A stretch of 64,000 bases of DNA from Nitrospiraceae bacterium. Its GTDB lineage: Bacteria; Nitrospirota; Nitrospiria; Nitrospirales; Nitrospiraceae. The stretch lies in NCBI GenBank assembly GCA_050246315.1, contig JBFWWG010000006.1, forward strand, positions 155,002 to 219,001. Reading direction: 5' to 3'. Below, in pieces: positions 20,478 to 29,768 of this stretch. Positions within the stretch are counted from its first letter, which is position 1; each line of letters begins with the position of its first letter. The translations under genes were made by a program, and so were the position numbers. The notes beneath the pieces were generated by a model. That model worked only from the letters and a program-made list of their open reading frames with translations, made no database searches and was not told the origin of the DNA.

Positions 20478-20545
20478 AATCCTACATATCCGATAGAGAT
20501 TATTTTACCATGAGGAGCCTAGCGTATCGTCATGAGAGCTGTCAA
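20478..20545 (-). promoter_or_regulatory. Putative promoter (TTGACA-18-TAGGCT) and imperfect palindromic Rrf2-type operator
   Basis: Promoter hexamers at 20540-20545 and 20516-20521; AATCCTAC...ATAGAGATT dyad at 20478-20501. Confidence 0.5.
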
Positions 20546-20936
20546 GACACCCATGGCCAGGATCGGATCACGATGAACTCACCAGACCAAACTTGCCGCC
20601 TCAAGAAGGGATGCCACGTCACGTTCTCCACACTGCTGTCTGAACCAAGGTGACAACCTGGACGTACCTTCTAGATCGCCCACCGATCGACTCGATCTTG
20701 TGCGCCTTTACGGCATCGACTTCGGCTTGAGAATTCTGTCAGGCGCCACGACACCGACTCCCGACGATCCATTTTGCGACTCACGTTGTGCTCATGATGG
20801 TGCCGGTTGATACGGAAATACGTCCAATTCCAAGTTGTTGAGATGCCTGTGCGCCCGCTTGTCCTGTTGGTTTGCGGCGATCACTCAAGGATCACCGTTT
20901 GAGGCTCGTGGTTGTATCGGCGCACAAGATTCCGAA

Positions 20937-20965
20937 TTGACAACGTACCGGAGGTGGGACATAAT
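20937..20965 (+). promoter_or_regulatory. Near-consensus sigma70 promoter for the fis-like gene
   Basis: TTGACA-17 nt-CATAAT. Confidence 0.7.
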
Positions 20966-20996
20966 CCCGCCCTCTTCTGCTGCTGGAATCCACACC

Positions 20997-21584
20997 ATGG
21001 TTCGTGCCGTACCCCTGAATCTGCTGCTCGTGACTTCAGATGCGGACCTGCAAGCACAGGTCAAACGCACGTTCAAGGAAGCGACGGTCACGCATGCGAA
21101 GGAAGTCGGGGGGCTGTCACGGCTGCTCCCCAAGAAACGGTTCGATGTGGCTTTAGTCGAAGGCACAACCAATGCCTTTGCCGAACCGGGGCCGCTCAAG
21201 ACAATTGTCGATTCGCACAAGACGCTCGTCGTCGCAGGATCGCGACAGTCTCTGCAGCAAGCCATCCAGTTCCTCCATGCATGGCCGGAAGCCCACAACG
21301 GCCAGAAATCGAACGGATACGTGCTGTCGCTGGAGGAACTGATCGAGTCTAAAGTGGGGGACTTCGTCAGAGGCATGCGCCACGGCTCCGCGAAGAACCT
21401 CTATCCGGTACTCATGTCAGCCGTCGAACGTCCGTTGCTGACCCACGCACTTAAAGAAACCAATGGTAACCAAATTCAGGCTGCTCGATTGCTGGGGATG
21501 AACCGCAATACGTTGCGGAAAAAAATCACGGCTCTACACATTGTCGTTTCTCGAACCAAATCCGTTCAGACCATCGCCAGCTAG
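20997..21584 (+). CDS. Fis-family HTH protein with a degenerate receiver-like N-terminus
   Basis: VERPLL..AL..TNGNQIQAARLLGMNRNTLRKK. Confidence 0.85.
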   Translation: MVRAVPLNLLLVTSDADLQAQVKRTFKEATVTHAKEVGGLSRLLPKKRFDVALVEGTTNAFAEPGPLKTIVDSHKTLVVAGSRQSLQQAIQFLHAWPEAHNGQKSNGYVLSLEELIESKVGDFVRGMRHGSAKNLYPVLMSAVERPLLTHALKETNGNQIQAARLLGMNRNTLRKKITALHIVVSRTKSVQTIAS

Positions 21585-21690
21585 GCTCCGGCCTGTGGCC
21601 TGAGTTTCATATCACCATTAACCCGTGAGGACGTCCCCATTGAGAGTAATGGGGAGAACCCCTCGTGGCGTGTGACGGGAGGAATGAGCG

Positions 21691-21963
21691 ATGACCAAAG
21701 AGGAACTGATCGCGAAGATGTCGACATCGGCCGGCATTACCAAGGTGGCAGCCGGAACAGCCCTTGAGGCCTTCACCGCGGCGGTCTCGTCATCCTTGAA
21801 GAAGGGGCAACGCGTCAGCCTGGTGAATTTCGGCACGTTTTCCGTGAGCAAGCGAAAGGCCAGAACAGGTCGAAATCCGCGCACCGGCGAGCCGCTCAAG
21901 ATCCCTGCCGCTCGCGTGCCAAAATTCTCTGCCGGTAAGGAACTGAAGGCTGCGGTGAGGTGA
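21691..21963 (+). CDS. hup: DNA-binding protein HU
   Basis: MTKEELI, FGTFSV..RKARTGRNPRTGE. Confidence 0.96.
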   Translation: MTKEELIAKMSTSAGITKVAAGTALEAFTAAVSSSLKKGQRVSLVNFGTFSVSKRKARTGRNPRTGEPLKIPAARVPKFSAGKELKAAVR

Positions 21964-22056
21964 CATGACGCGTCCTTCCCGGGAACGGCGCTTCAACCGA
22001 GGCTGGAGCTGGAACAGATGTGTCGGAGAACGGGGCATCTTTCCAGTTCCAGTTTC

Positions 22057-22086
22057 TTGACACTCAAGAAGACCATGTATTAGCAT
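22057..22086 (+). promoter_or_regulatory. Putative promoter of tRNA-Val/thrS
   Basis: TTGACA-18 nt-TAGCAT. Confidence 0.6.
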
Positions 22087-22101
22087 TCCCCTTTGGATTC
22101 T

Positions 22102-22176
22102 AGGCGCGTAGCTCAGGGGGAGAGCGCTACCTTGACACGGTAGAGGTCGACGGTTCAAGACCGTCCGCGCCTACCA
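22102..22176 (+). tRNA. tRNA-Val(GAC)
   Basis: Cloverleaf with AGGCGCG/CGCGCCT acceptor, CTACC-TTGACAC-GGTAG anticodon arm, GGTTCAAGACC T-arm and encoded CCA. Confidence 0.97.
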
Positions 22177-22252
22177 TGTAATCGCGGGCATCGAACCGCT
22201 GGTGCAGGTTCCGGTGCCTTTCTTCTTTTCCAGGCCATTTGTTTTGAGTTCA

Positions 22253-24178
22253 GTGCCGATCACAATCACCCTCCCAGACGGGTCTCGCCGACAGGTTCCG
22301 ACTGGTTGCACGGTGCAGGAAGCCCTGGGCCAAGCGGGCGCGCACCTGGGCCAGACCATCCTCGCGGCCAAGGTGGACGGCCGCCCGGTGGACCTCTCTT
22401 CGATGCTGACGAAGGATGCGGCGATTGAGCCGCTCATGTTTGATTCGCCGGACGGCAGGGAAGTCTATCGACACAGCAGCACCCATATCATGGCGCAGGC
22501 GGTCAAGGAGGTCTTTCCAACCGCACAGTTGACCATCGGCCCGGCGCTCGAAGAGGGGTTTTACTACGACTTTGCGTTTGACCGGCCCTTTACACCGGAA
22601 GACCTGGAAAAGATCGAATCCCGCGCCAAGGAGATCATCGCGCGCGGTCTGACCGTCAAGAGGATCGAGCTGCCGAAGGAAGAGGCCGTGTCCTTCTTTC
22701 GCTCGAGGGGTGAGCACTATAAGGTCGAGATGATTCAGGGATTCGAGGACGGTCAGCCGATTTCGTTGTACAGCCAGGGAGAGTTCGTCGATCTTTGCCG
22801 CGGACCCCATCTTCCGACGACCGGACATGTCGGTGCCTTCAAGCTGCTCAGCACCGGGGGTGCCTACTGGCGCGGCGACGAACGGAATCCCATGTTGCAA
22901 CGGATTTACGGAACGTCGTTTCCGACCCAGGCGGACCTCGACGCTCATCTCCATAAATTGGAAGAGATCAAGCGGCGCGACCACCGGAAACTGGGAAAGG
23001 AGCTCGACCTGATCACCATCCAGGACGACATCGGCCCTGGATTGGTCCTCTGGCATCCCAAGGGCTCGTTGGTCCGGTTGCTGATTGAAAATTTCTGGAG
23101 AGAACAGCACCTGAAGCAGGGGTATCAGTTAGTCTACTCCCCGCACGTAGCCCGCCTCGACCTGTGGAAGACCAGCGGCCACGTCGACTATTATCGCGAG
23201 AGTATGTTCGCCTCGATGAAGGTGGAGAACAGCGAATACCAGCTCAAGCCGATGAACTGCCCCTTCCACATCATGATCTACAAGTCTCATCTCAGAAGCT
23301 ACCGGGACTTGCCGATCCGTTACGGCGAACTGGGGACGGTCTACCGGTACGAGCGCACCGGTGTCTTGCACGGCCTCCTGCGCGTGCGCGGCTTCACCCA
23401 GGACGATGCCCATCTCTTTTGCCGACCGGACCAGATACAGGACGAAGTCAGTCGCGTGCTGGACTTCACCTTCTTCGTCCTCCGGACTTTCGGGTTCACA
23501 GAGTATGAGGTCTTTCTCTCGACCAAACCGGAAAAGGCCGTCGGAACCGATGAGAACTGGGCCATCGCGACCGCCGCATTGGAGGCTGCGCTTCAGAGCC
23601 GGAACATCGCCTATCAGGTCGATCCCGGGGAAGGCGTGTTCTATGGGCCGAAGATCGACATTAAAATCAAGGACGTGCTGGGGCGCTCCTGGCAATGTTC
23701 GACTGTTCAGGTGGATTTCAACAACCCGATCCGGTTCGACTTGGCCTATACGGGTGAGGATGGCCGCCCGCACCAGCCGATCATGATCCATCGGGCACTG
23801 ATGGGTTCGATCGAACGATTCTTCGGCATTCTGGTCGAGCACTACGCGGGGGCCTTCCCCACCTGGTTGGCGCCCGTCCAGGCCGTGATCCTGCCGATCT
23901 CCGAGAAGCAGCATGTCTATGCGGAAGCGTTGCGCGCCCAGTTATCGGAAGCCGGTTTTCGGGTCGAGGCGAATCTCCGCAACGAGAAGATCGGTCTCAA
24001 GATCCGCGAGGCGGAAACGTCCAAAATTCCCTATATGTTGGTCGTGGGAGATCGTGAAGTTCAGAGTGGTACGATCTCCGTGAGGGGGCGTCACAAGGCG
24101 GACTTGGGCAGCATGGCCGTTCCAAACCTGCTTGACATGTTGCGGGCGGACATGACACAACCCTCCGGCCGGTCTTAA
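22253..24178 (+). CDS. thrS: Threonine--tRNA ligase
   Basis: TGS domain (ITLPDGS), DLCRGPH, RDHRKLG, KPMNCPFH, FTQDDAH, HRALMGSIERF. Confidence 0.98.
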   Translation: MPITITLPDGSRRQVPTGCTVQEALGQAGAHLGQTILAAKVDGRPVDLSSMLTKDAAIEPLMFDSPDGREVYRHSSTHIMAQAVKEVFPTAQLTIGPALEEGFYYDFAFDRPFTPEDLEKIESRAKEIIARGLTVKRIELPKEEAVSFFRSRGEHYKVEMIQGFEDGQPISLYSQGEFVDLCRGPHLPTTGHVGAFKLLSTGGAYWRGDERNPMLQRIYGTSFPTQADLDAHLHKLEEIKRRDHRKLGKELDLITIQDDIGPGLVLWHPKGSLVRLLIENFWREQHLKQGYQLVYSPHVARLDLWKTSGHVDYYRESMFASMKVENSEYQLKPMNCPFHIMIYKSHLRSYRDLPIRYGELGTVYRYERTGVLHGLLRVRGFTQDDAHLFCRPDQIQDEVSRVLDFTFFVLRTFGFTEYEVFLSTKPEKAVGTDENWAIATAALEAALQSRNIAYQVDPGEGVFYGPKIDIKIKDVLGRSWQCSTVQVDFNNPIRFDLAYTGEDGRPHQPIMIHRALMGSIERFFGILVEHYAGAFPTWLAPVQAVILPISEKQHVYAEALRAQLSEAGFRVEANLRNEKIGLKIREAETSKIPYMLVVGDREVQSGTISVRGRHKADLGSMAVPNLLDMLRADMTQPSGRS

Positions 24179-24204
24179 TCCATCCACGTTCAAAGAGGTG
24201 GCTT

Positions 24205-24714
24205 ATCGTTCCGAAGCTGAGAGTCAATCGGGAAATTCGAATCCGCGAAGTCCGCGTCATCGGGCCTGAGGGCGAGCAACTGGGGATTCTCCCGACGGTT
24301 GACGCGTACCGGCGGGCTCAGGAGATCGGATATGACCTGGTCGAAGTCGCGCCCATGTCCCAGCCTCCCGTGTGCCGGATTATGGACTACGGGAAGTATA
24401 AGTACGAGCTCAGCAAGAAGGAGCATCAGAGCCGGCGACACCAGAAATCCACGCAGGTCAAGGAAATCAAGCTGCGCCCAAGAACGGATAAGCATGACCT
24501 GGAGATCAAGATTCGCCAGATCCGAGGGTTCCTCGAAGAAGGTAATAAGACCAAAGTCAGCGTGAACTATCGAGGGCGCGAGATGGCGAATCAGGAGATG
24601 GGGCGTAGCATGATGCAGAGCGTGATCGCCAATCTCACCGACTGCGGCACGGTGGAATATGCGCCCAGGATGGAAGGGCGCAGCCTCATCATGGTAGTGG
24701 CGCCGAAAAACTGA
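24205..24714 (+). CDS. infC: Translation initiation factor IF-3 (probable non-canonical ATC start)
   Basis: Frame extends upstream of the ATG at 24355: IVPKLRVNREIRIREVRVIGPEGEQLG...DLVEVAP; GAGGTG Shine-Dalgarno precedes ATC at 24205. Confidence 0.92.
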   Translation: MVPKLRVNREIRIREVRVIGPEGEQLGILPTVDAYRRAQEIGYDLVEVAPMSQPPVCRIMDYGKYKYELSKKEHQSRRHQKSTQVKEIKLRPRTDKHDLEIKIRQIRGFLEEGNKTKVSVNYRGREMANQEMGRSMMQSVIANLTDCGTVEYAPRMEGRSLIMVVAPKN

Positions 24715-24743
24715 CCAGCGAATCAGGAATACGAGGACTGAGC

Positions 24744-24947
24744 ATGGCGGGGAAAAAACTCAAGACACACAGCGGAGCGAGCAAGCGATTTAAAAAGACG
24801 GCGTCAGGTCGCGTCTTGCACAAGCCGGCCGGGCGCCGGCACCTATTGACCGGCAGGACACGCAGCCAAAAGCGGCGGCTGAAGGGAAAGAGCGAAGTGT
24901 CTCGGACCCAAAGCGGGACGATCACCAGGCTGCTACCGAACGACTGA
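24744..24947 (+). CDS. rpmI: 50S ribosomal protein L35
   Basis: KLKTHSGASKRFKKTASG. Confidence 0.97.
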   Translation: MAGKKLKTHSGASKRFKKTASGRVLHKPAGRRHLLTGRTRSQKRRLKGKSEVSRTQSGTITRLLPND

Positions 24948-25061
24948 GCCGATCACTCGTTTCTGCGAATGACCACTGACACCTGACAGACTGGCACTAA
25001 CAATCTGGACACCATCGAGGGGCCGCTGCAACGCGATCTCGGTCTGCCAGAATCATACAAC

Positions 25062-25203
25062 CAGGATGTTCAGAAAGGCCGTTCAGCGCGGCCGCAGCGA
25101 GCGAAGAGGCGAGGCATCCTCTGTTCCGTATTATGTTGAGCCTCTGAGCGATGCGATCAGCCGCCGGACGGGTCCCCGGCTGGCGGACTCTTTCAACATC
25201 CTG
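25062..25203 (+). repeat. MITE-like repeat core unit between rpmI and rplT
   Basis: CAGGATGTTCAGAAAGGCCG...CTGGCGGACTCTTTCAACATCCTG followed by CTAG. Confidence 0.85.
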
Positions 25204-25223
25204 CTAGAAGGGAGCACATCGCC

Positions 25224-25586
25224 ATGCCACGGGTCAAAGGCGGGCCGAAAACCCGACAACGAAGAAAAAAGCGTCTCAAACTTGCAAAAGGCCAATACGG
25301 CGCCAAGAGCCGGCTTTTCCGATCAGCCACCGAATCGGTTGATAAGGGCCAGACCTATGCCTATCGGGAGCGGAAGAAGCGCAAGCGGAACTTCCGACAA
25401 CTGTGGGTCGCACGGATCAGCGCGGCCACCCGTCAGCATGGCCTGACCTACAGCCGGTTCATGAACGCGCTGAAGAAGGCCAAGGTGTTATTGGACCGGA
25501 AAGCCCTCTCCGAGCTGGCGATCAAGGACCCCAGCGGATTCGAGCAACTGGTCGTCCTCGCGCGCCAGCACGTGGCGACCGCTTGA
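25224..25586 (+). CDS. rplT: 50S ribosomal protein L20
   Basis: MPRVKGG, RKKRKRNFRQLWVARI, LDRKALSELA. Confidence 0.97.
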   Translation: MPRVKGGPKTRQRRKKRLKLAKGQYGAKSRLFRSATESVDKGQTYAYRERKKRKRNFRQLWVARISAATRQHGLTYSRFMNALKKAKVLLDRKALSELAIKDPSGFEQLVVLARQHVATA

Positions 25587-25605
25587 TCCAGTCGTAAGCG
25601 CAAGA

Positions 25606-25650
25606 GACGGCCCTGGGACGCTGCTCGAAGAGCTTGGTCCCAGGGCCGTC
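25606..25650. terminator. Hairpin between convergent rplT and pheT
   Basis: GACGGCCCTGGGAC/GTCCCAGGGCCGTC 14-bp inverted repeat. Confidence 0.55.
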
Positions 25651-25700
25651 GTCTATTCTCACGGTTCCCTTCCTATGCCGCAGGATGACGATGTCGCGCC

Positions 25701-27461
25701 CTATTCTGGTTCCTCTTCTGTCAGGGCGGTCAGATTCAGCTCCAATCCAGCGGCAGGAACACCGATCTGCCACTGTTCCAACACCTCAGGGTGGAACTCG
25801 CCAATGAGACCGACTGCCCGATCACGGATCACGATTTCGCCCACGCGGCCGTCCATGAACGAGGGATGCGCGATCGGCTTCAATTGGTAGTCTAGTCCGA
25901 GATAGTACAGGAGCAGGTCCAGCGCCGAGTGCACCTCCGAAAACGAGACCGACTGGTGCGCCGCCAGGACGCCCAGCGCCGTGAGCGTACACGAACCGAT
26001 CGGGCGATTCTCGTCCGGCCTGGCCAACTCGCCAACCTCAAACAGCCGATGGGGATAGAAGGCTCGGTTGGAAGCCGCTTCCACCCGCAACAGAGACGGC
26101 AGCAAACTCTGTCGGAGACAGGCATAGGAGAGCGACATCACATTGTCCACTTCCACCACTCGCTCCCACTGGGTGCCGGCCAGGCGCATGCGGTCCACCA
26201 ATTCCGGTCTGGAAGCCATAATATTCGACATGACCTCCTGGTACCCGAGACCGACCATGAGATCCCGCACCTGGTCCGAACGCCGCTCAATCCGAGACAA
26301 GCCGCCCACGGTAAACTGCTGCGGCATCACGGGCGTGAAGCTTCCGTAGCCCCGGCTGATGGCCACGTCTTCGACCACATCGACCGGATGCATCACATCA
26401 TTCCGATAGGGCGGGAGCTTGACCACCACGCGTGCCTGCTTCAGCTCGACCTCATAGCCGTAGGTCTGCAACGCCTTCCGAATCTCCTGCCCGCTCAGGT
26501 CCTGACCCAGCGCGGCGCCGATCGTGTCGAGGGAAATAGCCTGGGCCTTCGCGATTTCACACGGGGTGACGACCGATTTGCCGAGGGGCGTCTTGGAGCC
26601 ATACCGCACCTCCACCGGTTCGATCCGCGCGCCTCGGTCCGCAAGATTGACTGCAAAGATATTCAGCGCCAGGATAACCATCTGGAGGTCCGTGCCCGTC
26701 ACCTCCACGAACAGTTCCCGATCGCCGACCTGAACCTCTCCGATTTCCCGGCTGTTGATGATCGGCGGAAAACTCAAGGCCTGCCCGGCGTCGTCGCGCA
26801 ACAACGGCAGCCGTTCCGCTCCGGCCAGAATTCCGCCATACTCGACGCCCTTCGGATGCACCAGCAGCATCTCGCCCAGGGTCATGGGCTGGTCCAACCC
26901 GAGCGGCGTGAAGCGCGCGTCATCCGGCTTGACCAATTCGTAATGGACCGGGAACCGGATCTTCGCGAGACGATAGATGCCGATTGAGACCGTCCGCCGT
27001 TTGCGCCCGAACATATCGGCCAGTTTTTCCTGTGTCTGAATCAGTTGAGCCAGCCCGGTCTCGGTCACCTCATAGCCGATGGCCGAACAGGCAGCAACAA
27101 AGGGGCGGACCTTCTCGATGCCCGGACCGACCAGGATACGCTGCGTCGCCTTGGCCTTCTTGGAAAAGAACGGATACGGGAGGGGCTTCCCTCCCCGCTT
27201 GATGCGGATCTGGCGGGCGATGCCTTCGCAGCACCAGAGGTCGGGACGGTTGCTGTCCTGCAGCTCGACCCGCCACTCGCCCGTGTCGGAATCCTGTCCC
27301 TTATACTCGCCCTTGACGAGCTGGAGCAGCTCCTCCAACTGTTCGGTCGAGATCCGTTCTCGTTCCCGCGCGGCCGGTCTGCGCGCAGACGCGTTCGGCC
27401 CCATCGGCATCGGATCAAGGAGCGATTCCAGATCGGTACGGTAGAGACTAATCGTCGGCAT
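25701..27461 (-). CDS. pheT: Phenylalanine--tRNA ligase beta subunit, short archaeal/eukaryote-type
   Basis: MPTI start, NRPDLW..EGIAR, SFPPIINS, PPYRNDVMHPVDVVEDVAISRGY; 586 aa. Confidence 0.92.
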   Translation of the reverse strand: MPTISLYRTDLESLLDPMPMGPNASARRPAARERERISTEQLEELLQLVKGEYKGQDSDTGEWRVELQDSNRPDLWCCEGIARQIRIKRGGKPLPYPFFSKKAKATQRILVGPGIEKVRPFVAACSAIGYEVTETGLAQLIQTQEKLADMFGRKRRTVSIGIYRLAKIRFPVHYELVKPDDARFTPLGLDQPMTLGEMLLVHPKGVEYGGILAGAERLPLLRDDAGQALSFPPIINSREIGEVQVGDRELFVEVTGTDLQMVILALNIFAVNLADRGARIEPVEVRYGSKTPLGKSVVTPCEIAKAQAISLDTIGAALGQDLSGQEIRKALQTYGYEVELKQARVVVKLPPYRNDVMHPVDVVEDVAISRGYGSFTPVMPQQFTVGGLSRIERRSDQVRDLMVGLGYQEVMSNIMASRPELVDRMRLAGTQWERVVEVDNVMSLSYACLRQSLLPSLLRVEAASNRAFYPHRLFEVGELARPDENRPIGSCTLTALGVLAAHQSVSFSEVHSALDLLLYYLGLDYQLKPIAHPSFMDGRVGEIVIRDRAVGLIGEFHPEVLEQWQIGVPAAGLELNLTALTEEEPE

Positions 27462-27475
27462 GGGCCCCGTGTATG

Positions 27476-29041
27476 CTAGAAGCGGCCGCGGGTCGTCCGG
27501 ATCAAATCCAAATCCGCTGCAAACAAATCCCGAATATCGTGAATGCCGAGCGCCACCATCGCCATCCGGTCCAGCCCCAGGCCCCAGGCGATCACCGGCA
27601 CGTCAACACCAAGCGGAATCGTCACTTCCGGTCGGAACAGTCCCGCCCCGCCCAGCTCCATCCAGCCTAACTTAGGATGGCGCACATGCAACTCGACGGA
27701 TGGCTCCGTAAAAGGAAAATAGGCCGGCAAGAATTTGCTCTCCTTCGCCTGTGCGACTTCGCGCGCAAATAGGTGGAGCAATCCGAGCAAGGTCCGAAAA
27801 TTGATATCGTCGCCGAGCACGATCCCTTCGATCTGGAAAAAGTCCGTGGCGTGCGTGGCATCCACCTGGTCGTAGCGAAAGCAGCGGGCGATCGAAAAGT
27901 ATTTGCCGGGGATCAGCGGCTTGCTCGCCAAACAATGGGCGGAGACCGCCGTGCCCTGGCTGCGGAGCACCAATCTCCTGGCGCGCGTTTCGTTGAATTC
28001 GTAGCCCCACCCGGTCGAGCCGGTCTTGCCGCCGGACCGATGCGCGGCACTCACCCGCGAGAGAAACGGCTCCTCGATCGCGGAGGCATGAGTCGGCTCC
28101 TTCACGAAATACACGTCGTGGATGTCGCGAGCCGGATGGAACTGCGGCATGTAGAGCGCGTCCATGTTCCAAAATTCTGTTTCGACCAGCGAGCCCCGCA
28201 TCTCCTGGAATCCCATGCTGACAAGCTGCATCTTCACGAGATCCAGGAACTCGCGGTAGGCGTGTCGTTTTCCGGGCGCCACCCGCGGCGGTCGCAGGCT
28301 GATCGTATACTTGCGGAACCGTTTGTTGCGCCAGGACCCATCTTTCAGCATCTCCGGCGTGAGCTGCGAGACCTCCTCGATCTCGCCGACCTGCGCCAAG
28401 GACTTGGCCGCCTCCTGACCCTCGTTGGTGAGCGCATAATCGCGTGTGACGCGCTCGTCGATGCGGAAGGGTTCCTGCGCATTGCCCCGGCGGACCGCAT
28501 ACTGCTTGAGGACGGCCTGGGCCGGCTCCGCGACGGACGCAAGATCAGTCGGGCCACTCTTCACCTGCTCCAACAGTGCTCGCAGCGTATCTGCAGTTGA
28601 GCTGGACCGGCCGGTGGCCTGTACATAGCCGCCTTGGACGATCCGGATCGCGCCTTCCTTCTTGAGCGTGCCGACGACGCCGCTCATCTGCGCCGGGTCG
28701 ATCTGTTCCTTCGCCTGTAACTCCTGAATGGTATAGCTCTGCCCCAGGTCACTGGCCGTTCGCAGGGTGGCCAGCGCCCGTTCGATCGGCGCGCGTCCCT
28801 GAAGGTACTGCTCGCCGATGTTGGTGAGGGACACGTGAGAGGTGAGAAGTTCGGATGCGACGCGAATCAGTTGTTTGGCGAGGAGCCATTCCACCGCCAT
28901 GCTGAGCTGCGAGGGTTCGAGCTGAGTCGTCTCCGCGAGGTCCTCCAGGGATAGGGCTCCCCGATCCGCCTCCCGAGCCAGGGCGGTGAGGACCTTGCTC
29001 TCAAGAGGATGGAGGCTGTCGATCAATCCTGAGCGGTCCAC
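27476..29041 (-). CDS. pheS: Phenylalanine--tRNA ligase alpha subunit, long archaeal/eukaryote-type
   Basis: VETEFWNMDALYMPQFHPARD, FRYDQVDATH, YFPFTEPS, WGLGLDR; about 521 aa from GTG 29041 with a long N-terminal extension. Confidence 0.92.
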   Translation of the reverse strand: MDRSGLIDSLHPLESKVLTALAREADRGALSLEDLAETTQLEPSQLSMAVEWLLAKQLIRVASELLTSHVSLTNIGEQYLQGRAPIERALATLRTASDLGQSYTIQELQAKEQIDPAQMSGVVGTLKKEGAIRIVQGGYVQATGRSSSTADTLRALLEQVKSGPTDLASVAEPAQAVLKQYAVRRGNAQEPFRIDERVTRDYALTNEGQEAAKSLAQVGEIEEVSQLTPEMLKDGSWRNKRFRKYTISLRPPRVAPGKRHAYREFLDLVKMQLVSMGFQEMRGSLVETEFWNMDALYMPQFHPARDIHDVYFVKEPTHASAIEEPFLSRVSAAHRSGGKTGSTGWGYEFNETRARRLVLRSQGTAVSAHCLASKPLIPGKYFSIARCFRYDQVDATHATDFFQIEGIVLGDDINFRTLLGLLHLFAREVAQAKESKFLPAYFPFTEPSVELHVRHPKLGWMELGGAGLFRPEVTIPLGVDVPVIAWGLGLDRMAMVALGIHDIRDLFAADLDLIRTTRGRF

Positions 29042-29057
29042 GCCACCTCGACTTTCG

Positions 29058-29768
29058 TCACGCGGAGACGGCGTTCCGTCCTTGGCGAGATCCCGGTATT
29101 GCGTGGCCTGCCTCGCGCATGGCCTTGATGGTGCCGGCGTAGTCGGTGCTGCAAAAGATGGCCGAGCCGGCCACCAGCACATCCGCGCCGGCCTCGACGA
29201 CGGAGACGGCATTGTCCACCTTCACGCCCCCGTCCACCTCCAGCAAGGCATGGCTTCCGGCTTGATCCAGCATCGCACGAACCTTCCTGATTTTTTCCAG
29301 CACGCCGGGAATAAAATGCTGGCCTCCGAAGCCGGGATTGACCGACATCACGAGGATCAGATCGACATCGGGGAGGATTTCTTCCAGCGTGAACACCGAC
29401 GTGGCGGGATTCAGCGTGACGCCGGCCTTGACCCCGCGCTCTTTAATGAATTGCACGGTGCGATGCAGGTGCGGACAGGCCTCCACATGCACGGTGAGAT
29501 AGTCGGCGCCGGCCTCGGCAAACGCGCCGATGCAGTCGTCCGGATTCGTCACCATTAAATGCACGTCGAGCGGCAGGCGCGTCACCTTGCGGATCGACTC
29601 CACGATCGGCGGTCCCACCGTGAGGTTCGGCACGAAATGACCATCCATGACATCCACGTGCAGCCAATCCGCACCGCCCTGTTCGACCCGGGCGATTTCG
29701 TCGGCCAACCGCGCGAAGTCCGCGGAAAGGATGGAAGGAGCGATCTTCAGGGCCGGGCGAGTCATCAT
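29058..29768 (-). CDS. rpe: Ribulose-phosphate 3-epimerase
   Basis: IAPSILSADF, HVDVMDGHFVPN, MSVNPGFGGQ, VDGG. Confidence 0.97.
   Translation of the reverse strand: MMTRPALKIAPSILSADFARLADEIARVEQGGADWLHVDVMDGHFVPNLTVGPPIVESIRKVTRLPLDVHLMVTNPDDCIGAFAEAGADYLTVHVEACPHLHRTVQFIKERGVKAGVTLNPATSVFTLEEILPDVDLILVMSVNPGFGGQHFIPGVLEKIRKVRAMLDQAGSHALLEVDGGVKVDNAVSVVEAGADVLVAGSAIFCSTDYAGTIKAMREAGHAIPGSRQGRNAVSA

Noticed and set aside
25066..25446. ORFs beginning MFRKAVQRGRSER, MVKKAVQRGRSER or MLKKAVQQGRSER (also at 35955 and within 54267-54908)
   Set aside because: Translations of the MITE-like repeat, overlapping real genes
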